A stretch of 64,000 nucleotides of DNA from Akkermansia muciniphila (GTDB lineage Bacteria > Bacillota > Clostridia > Oscillospirales > CAG-272), in NCBI GenBank assembly GCA_963611795.1, contig CAVDSZ010000009.1, positions 11,602 through 75,601 of the forward strand. Reading direction: 5' to 3'. The notes beneath the pieces were generated by a model that was given only the letters and a program-made list of their open reading frames with translations, searched no databases and was not told the origin of the DNA. Within the stretch, counting starts at the first letter, position 1. Each line of letters starts with the position of its first letter. The position numbers and the translations under genes were made by a program. Below are positions 62,240-64,000 of this stretch, one piece after another.

Positions 62240-62288
62240 AGAAACGACCGCTAGCGATGGTAGCGCGTAGCGGTCACCCGTAAACAAA

Positions 62289-62320
62289 GGGGAGCAAGTC
62301 CTGCCCTTGCTCCCTTAGTT
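62289..62320 (+). terminator. Hairpin followed by a T-rich tail
   Basis: GGGAGCAAG (62289-62297), a 7-nt loop, CTTGCTCCC (62305-62313), then TTAGTTT. The T-run is weak. Confidence 0.45.
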
Positions 62321-62360
62321 TAACAAAGGCAGAAAAGAAAGTCAAGAGGAGACGCCAAAA

Positions 62361-62852
62361 ATGACATACAGATTTTTTCAAAAGGTGGAGACGCTCGAAG
62401 ATCTCCGCGCGCAATATAAAAAACTCGCGATGCAGTACCACCCCGACCGGGGCGGCAGTACGGAGGACTTCCAAGCCCTCGGCGCGGAGTATGAAGAACT
62501 GTTAAAGACCGTCGGCAGCACCCGCCGGAACAAAGACGGCGAGACCTACACAAAGCAAGGCTACAACGCCGCCGCTGACCGGTTCAAGGACATTATCGAC
62601 CGGATCATCCATTACGATGTCACGATCGAGATCTGCGGCTGCTGGGTGTGGGTCGGCAATGCGTACAACTACCGGAAGGAACTGAAAGAAGCGGGCTTCT
62701 TCTGGTGCTCCTCCAAAAAGATGTGGGCATGGGCGGAAGAACCCTACACAACCGCCGTTAAGATCTCTATGGATCGAATCCGCGAGATCTACGGCTCGGA
62801 GGTTGTGAAGCGTGACGACGCCGGGCGGCGGTTGCTCCCGGCGACAGCATAA
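62361..62852 (+). CDS. J-domain (DnaJ-like) protein of mobile-element type
   Basis: LEDLRAQYKKLAMQYHPDRGGSTEDFQALGAEYEELL contains the HPD motif. The C-terminal Trp-rich domain is of unknown function. Confidence 0.8.
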   Translation: MTYRFFQKVETLEDLRAQYKKLAMQYHPDRGGSTEDFQALGAEYEELLKTVGSTRRNKDGETYTKQGYNAAADRFKDIIDRIIHYDVTIEICGCWVWVGNAYNYRKELKEAGFFWCSSKKMWAWAEEPYTTAVKISMDRIREIYGSEVVKRDDAGRRLLPATA

Positions 62853-62888
62853 GGAAGGAGGCGGGCGGCGAAAGCCGCCCGAAACACG

Positions 62889-63356
62889 ATGACGGAGGAA
62901 CTGAAAGACCTGTTTCGGCATGCGGACACCAGCGGCTACATTGACGCATTCGGATGGCATTGCTACATACAAAGACCGGCGCGGATCACTTCGGCGAACA
63001 AGATCCTATCACTTGACCGCACCGCCGCCGAGGGAATCCGATCCGCCGAGGCGGTCATCGAACGGCTGCGGGAATACCGGCTCGCCCTCTATGAACGGCA
63101 CCGGGAGATCCTCGCGAGCAATTACCGGTTACGGTTGCAACTGCGCCGCATCCCCGATTGGACTTCCGGCGTGACCTATACCGTCACGCTCTGCAAAGTC
63201 TTTGACTTGTCCGGCGTTGCAGAGGAGGCGATCATCTCCGAGAAGTACAGCGGGAAAGAGCGGCACAAAGCGATCAACCGATACCGGGATCTACTTCGGC
63301 AGTACCCCGGCATTGATGCCGAGATGGACATACAGAAAAAGAAATGGGAGAGATAA
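62889..63356 (+). CDS. Hypothetical protein (155 aa)
   Basis: ORF following the J-domain gene on the same strand. No motif recognised. Confidence 0.5.
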   Translation: MTEELKDLFRHADTSGYIDAFGWHCYIQRPARITSANKILSLDRTAAEGIRSAEAVIERLREYRLALYERHREILASNYRLRLQLRRIPDWTSGVTYTVTLCKVFDLSGVAEEAIISEKYSGKERHKAINRYRDLLRQYPGIDAEMDIQKKKWER

Positions 63357-63499
63357 AACAGGCACCCGCCGCGGCGGGTGCCTTCTCTATTCGTATTTTG
63401 CAAGGTAACGATTGCCCTTTAAGCCTTTTCGCCCCTTGACAGTCCCGCCGTGGCGAGATAACGATCTTGTTGAAATAAGTTCGAGAGGAGGTGATTCTA

Positions 63500-63586
63500 A
63501 TGCTGCTGTGGTACATTGACGAGTTTATTCGTACGTATAGCGGAATACTTATGAATACGCTGGTCATGCTGTTAACCGCATTATAA
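63500..63586 (+). CDS. 28-aa hydrophobic micro-ORF
   Basis: Hand-translated as MLLWYIDEFIRTYSGILMNTLVMLLTAL. A strong RBS (GAGAGGAGGTG) lies 7 nt upstream of ATG 63500. Confidence 0.35.
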   Translation: MLLWYIDEFIRTYSGILMNTLVMLLTAL

Positions 63587-63674
63587 TCCCCAGCCTCTCT
63601 CACCGGGTAGTATATCACGCCCCGGTGAGATTGTCAAGCCTACATACCTCAATCCTCCCCGTACCGGGAAAAGG

Positions 63675-63989
63675 CTACTTCGGTTCAATCGAGTGTTCGG
63701 TGGGAACGGGCAACTCTGTTTGCGGAGGATCGGCGGCAGGCTCCGGCTTCGCCTTCTGCAAATCGGCGAGGAATTGCCGGAAGGCGGCTTTACACGCTTT
63801 CCGATACGCACGGGACACATCGTTCCGCCAAAACAGGACGCCGCGCGGGATATAGTACCGTTTCTTGAAACGCATCTCATAAATCTGACGCGCGTTTTTG
63901 AGAAGTTCGGCACTTAACAGGTCGTCAAGTTCCTGCTTGTATGCCGTCGTGAGGGCGTCGCTCATCGTCTTGTATTGCTTATCCGGCAA
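63675..63989 (-). CDS. Hypothetical protein (104 aa)
   Basis: ORF at the window edge on the minus strand. No motif recognised. The start could be ATG 63989 or the internal MSDAL. Confidence 0.4.
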   Translation of the reverse strand: MPDKQYKTMSDALTTAYKQELDDLLSAELLKNARQIYEMRFKKRYYIPRGVLFWRNDVSRAYRKACKAAFRQFLADLQKAKPEPAADPPQTELPVPTEHSIEPK

Positions 63990-64000
63990 TAACGCACGGT

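Overview
This 64-kb window comes from a Gram-positive, spore-forming Clostridia-like chromosome. Supporting evidence is sigK, yqfC/yqfD, a ylbJ-like gene, and AGGAGG-type RBSs with TTGACA/TATAAT promoters.

(1) Positions 1 to about 27.7 kb are most of a siphovirus/HK97-type prophage, all on the + strand. The gene order is:
- an early/replication module: zinc-ribbon/Myb regulator, HUH Rep-like protein, orphan C5 DNA methyltransferase, VRR-NUC, ASCH/DUF3850 and SSB;
- HNH, TerS and TerL;
- portal, ClpP-type protease and major capsid;
- connectors and major tail protein;
- G/GT chaperone with an in-frame CCCAAAC -1 slippery site;
- tape measure, Dit and Tal with an S74 chaperone domain;
- receptor-binding protein;
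- holin.
No integrase or endolysin is visible in the window.

The standout system is a complete diversity-generating retroelement (DGR).
- The last 118 bp of the receptor-binding protein gene (VR, 23858-23975) are repeated 61 bp downstream (TR, 24037-24154).
- There are 13 mismatches, and every one lies at a TR adenine.
- A reverse transcriptase follows, carrying the DGR-type IGxxxSQ and YVDD motifs.
- A GC hairpin sits just 3' of VR.
- No Avd accessory gene is present.

(2) The prophage right end carries accessory cargo:
- a membrane-anchored HIRAN-domain protein divergent from an XRE regulator, with three TTAACACA operator half-sites between them;
- a micro-ORF cassette behind a perfect consensus promoter;
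- an IS30-family insertion sequence.

(3) Positions 29.6-60.1 kb are ordinary housekeeping and sporulation genes: thrC, rnhB, ylqF, lepB, rplS, ung, an orphan mazF, sigK, two fused ABC/FtsX transporters, and yqfC-yqfD-phoH-ybeY-era-recO-mutS2.

(4) A second, diverged IS30-family transposase lies at 60.2-61.3 kb. It is followed by a roughly 410-nt non-coding stretch packed with at least 9 GC-rich hairpins, which is a candidate large structured RNA. Beyond that is another mobile-element-like regulatory region: an RHH repressor, a triple palindromic operator overlapping a consensus promoter, and a J-domain protein.

No rRNA, tRNA or CRISPR array was seen. All family assignments come from motif recognition by eye. 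No database search was run.
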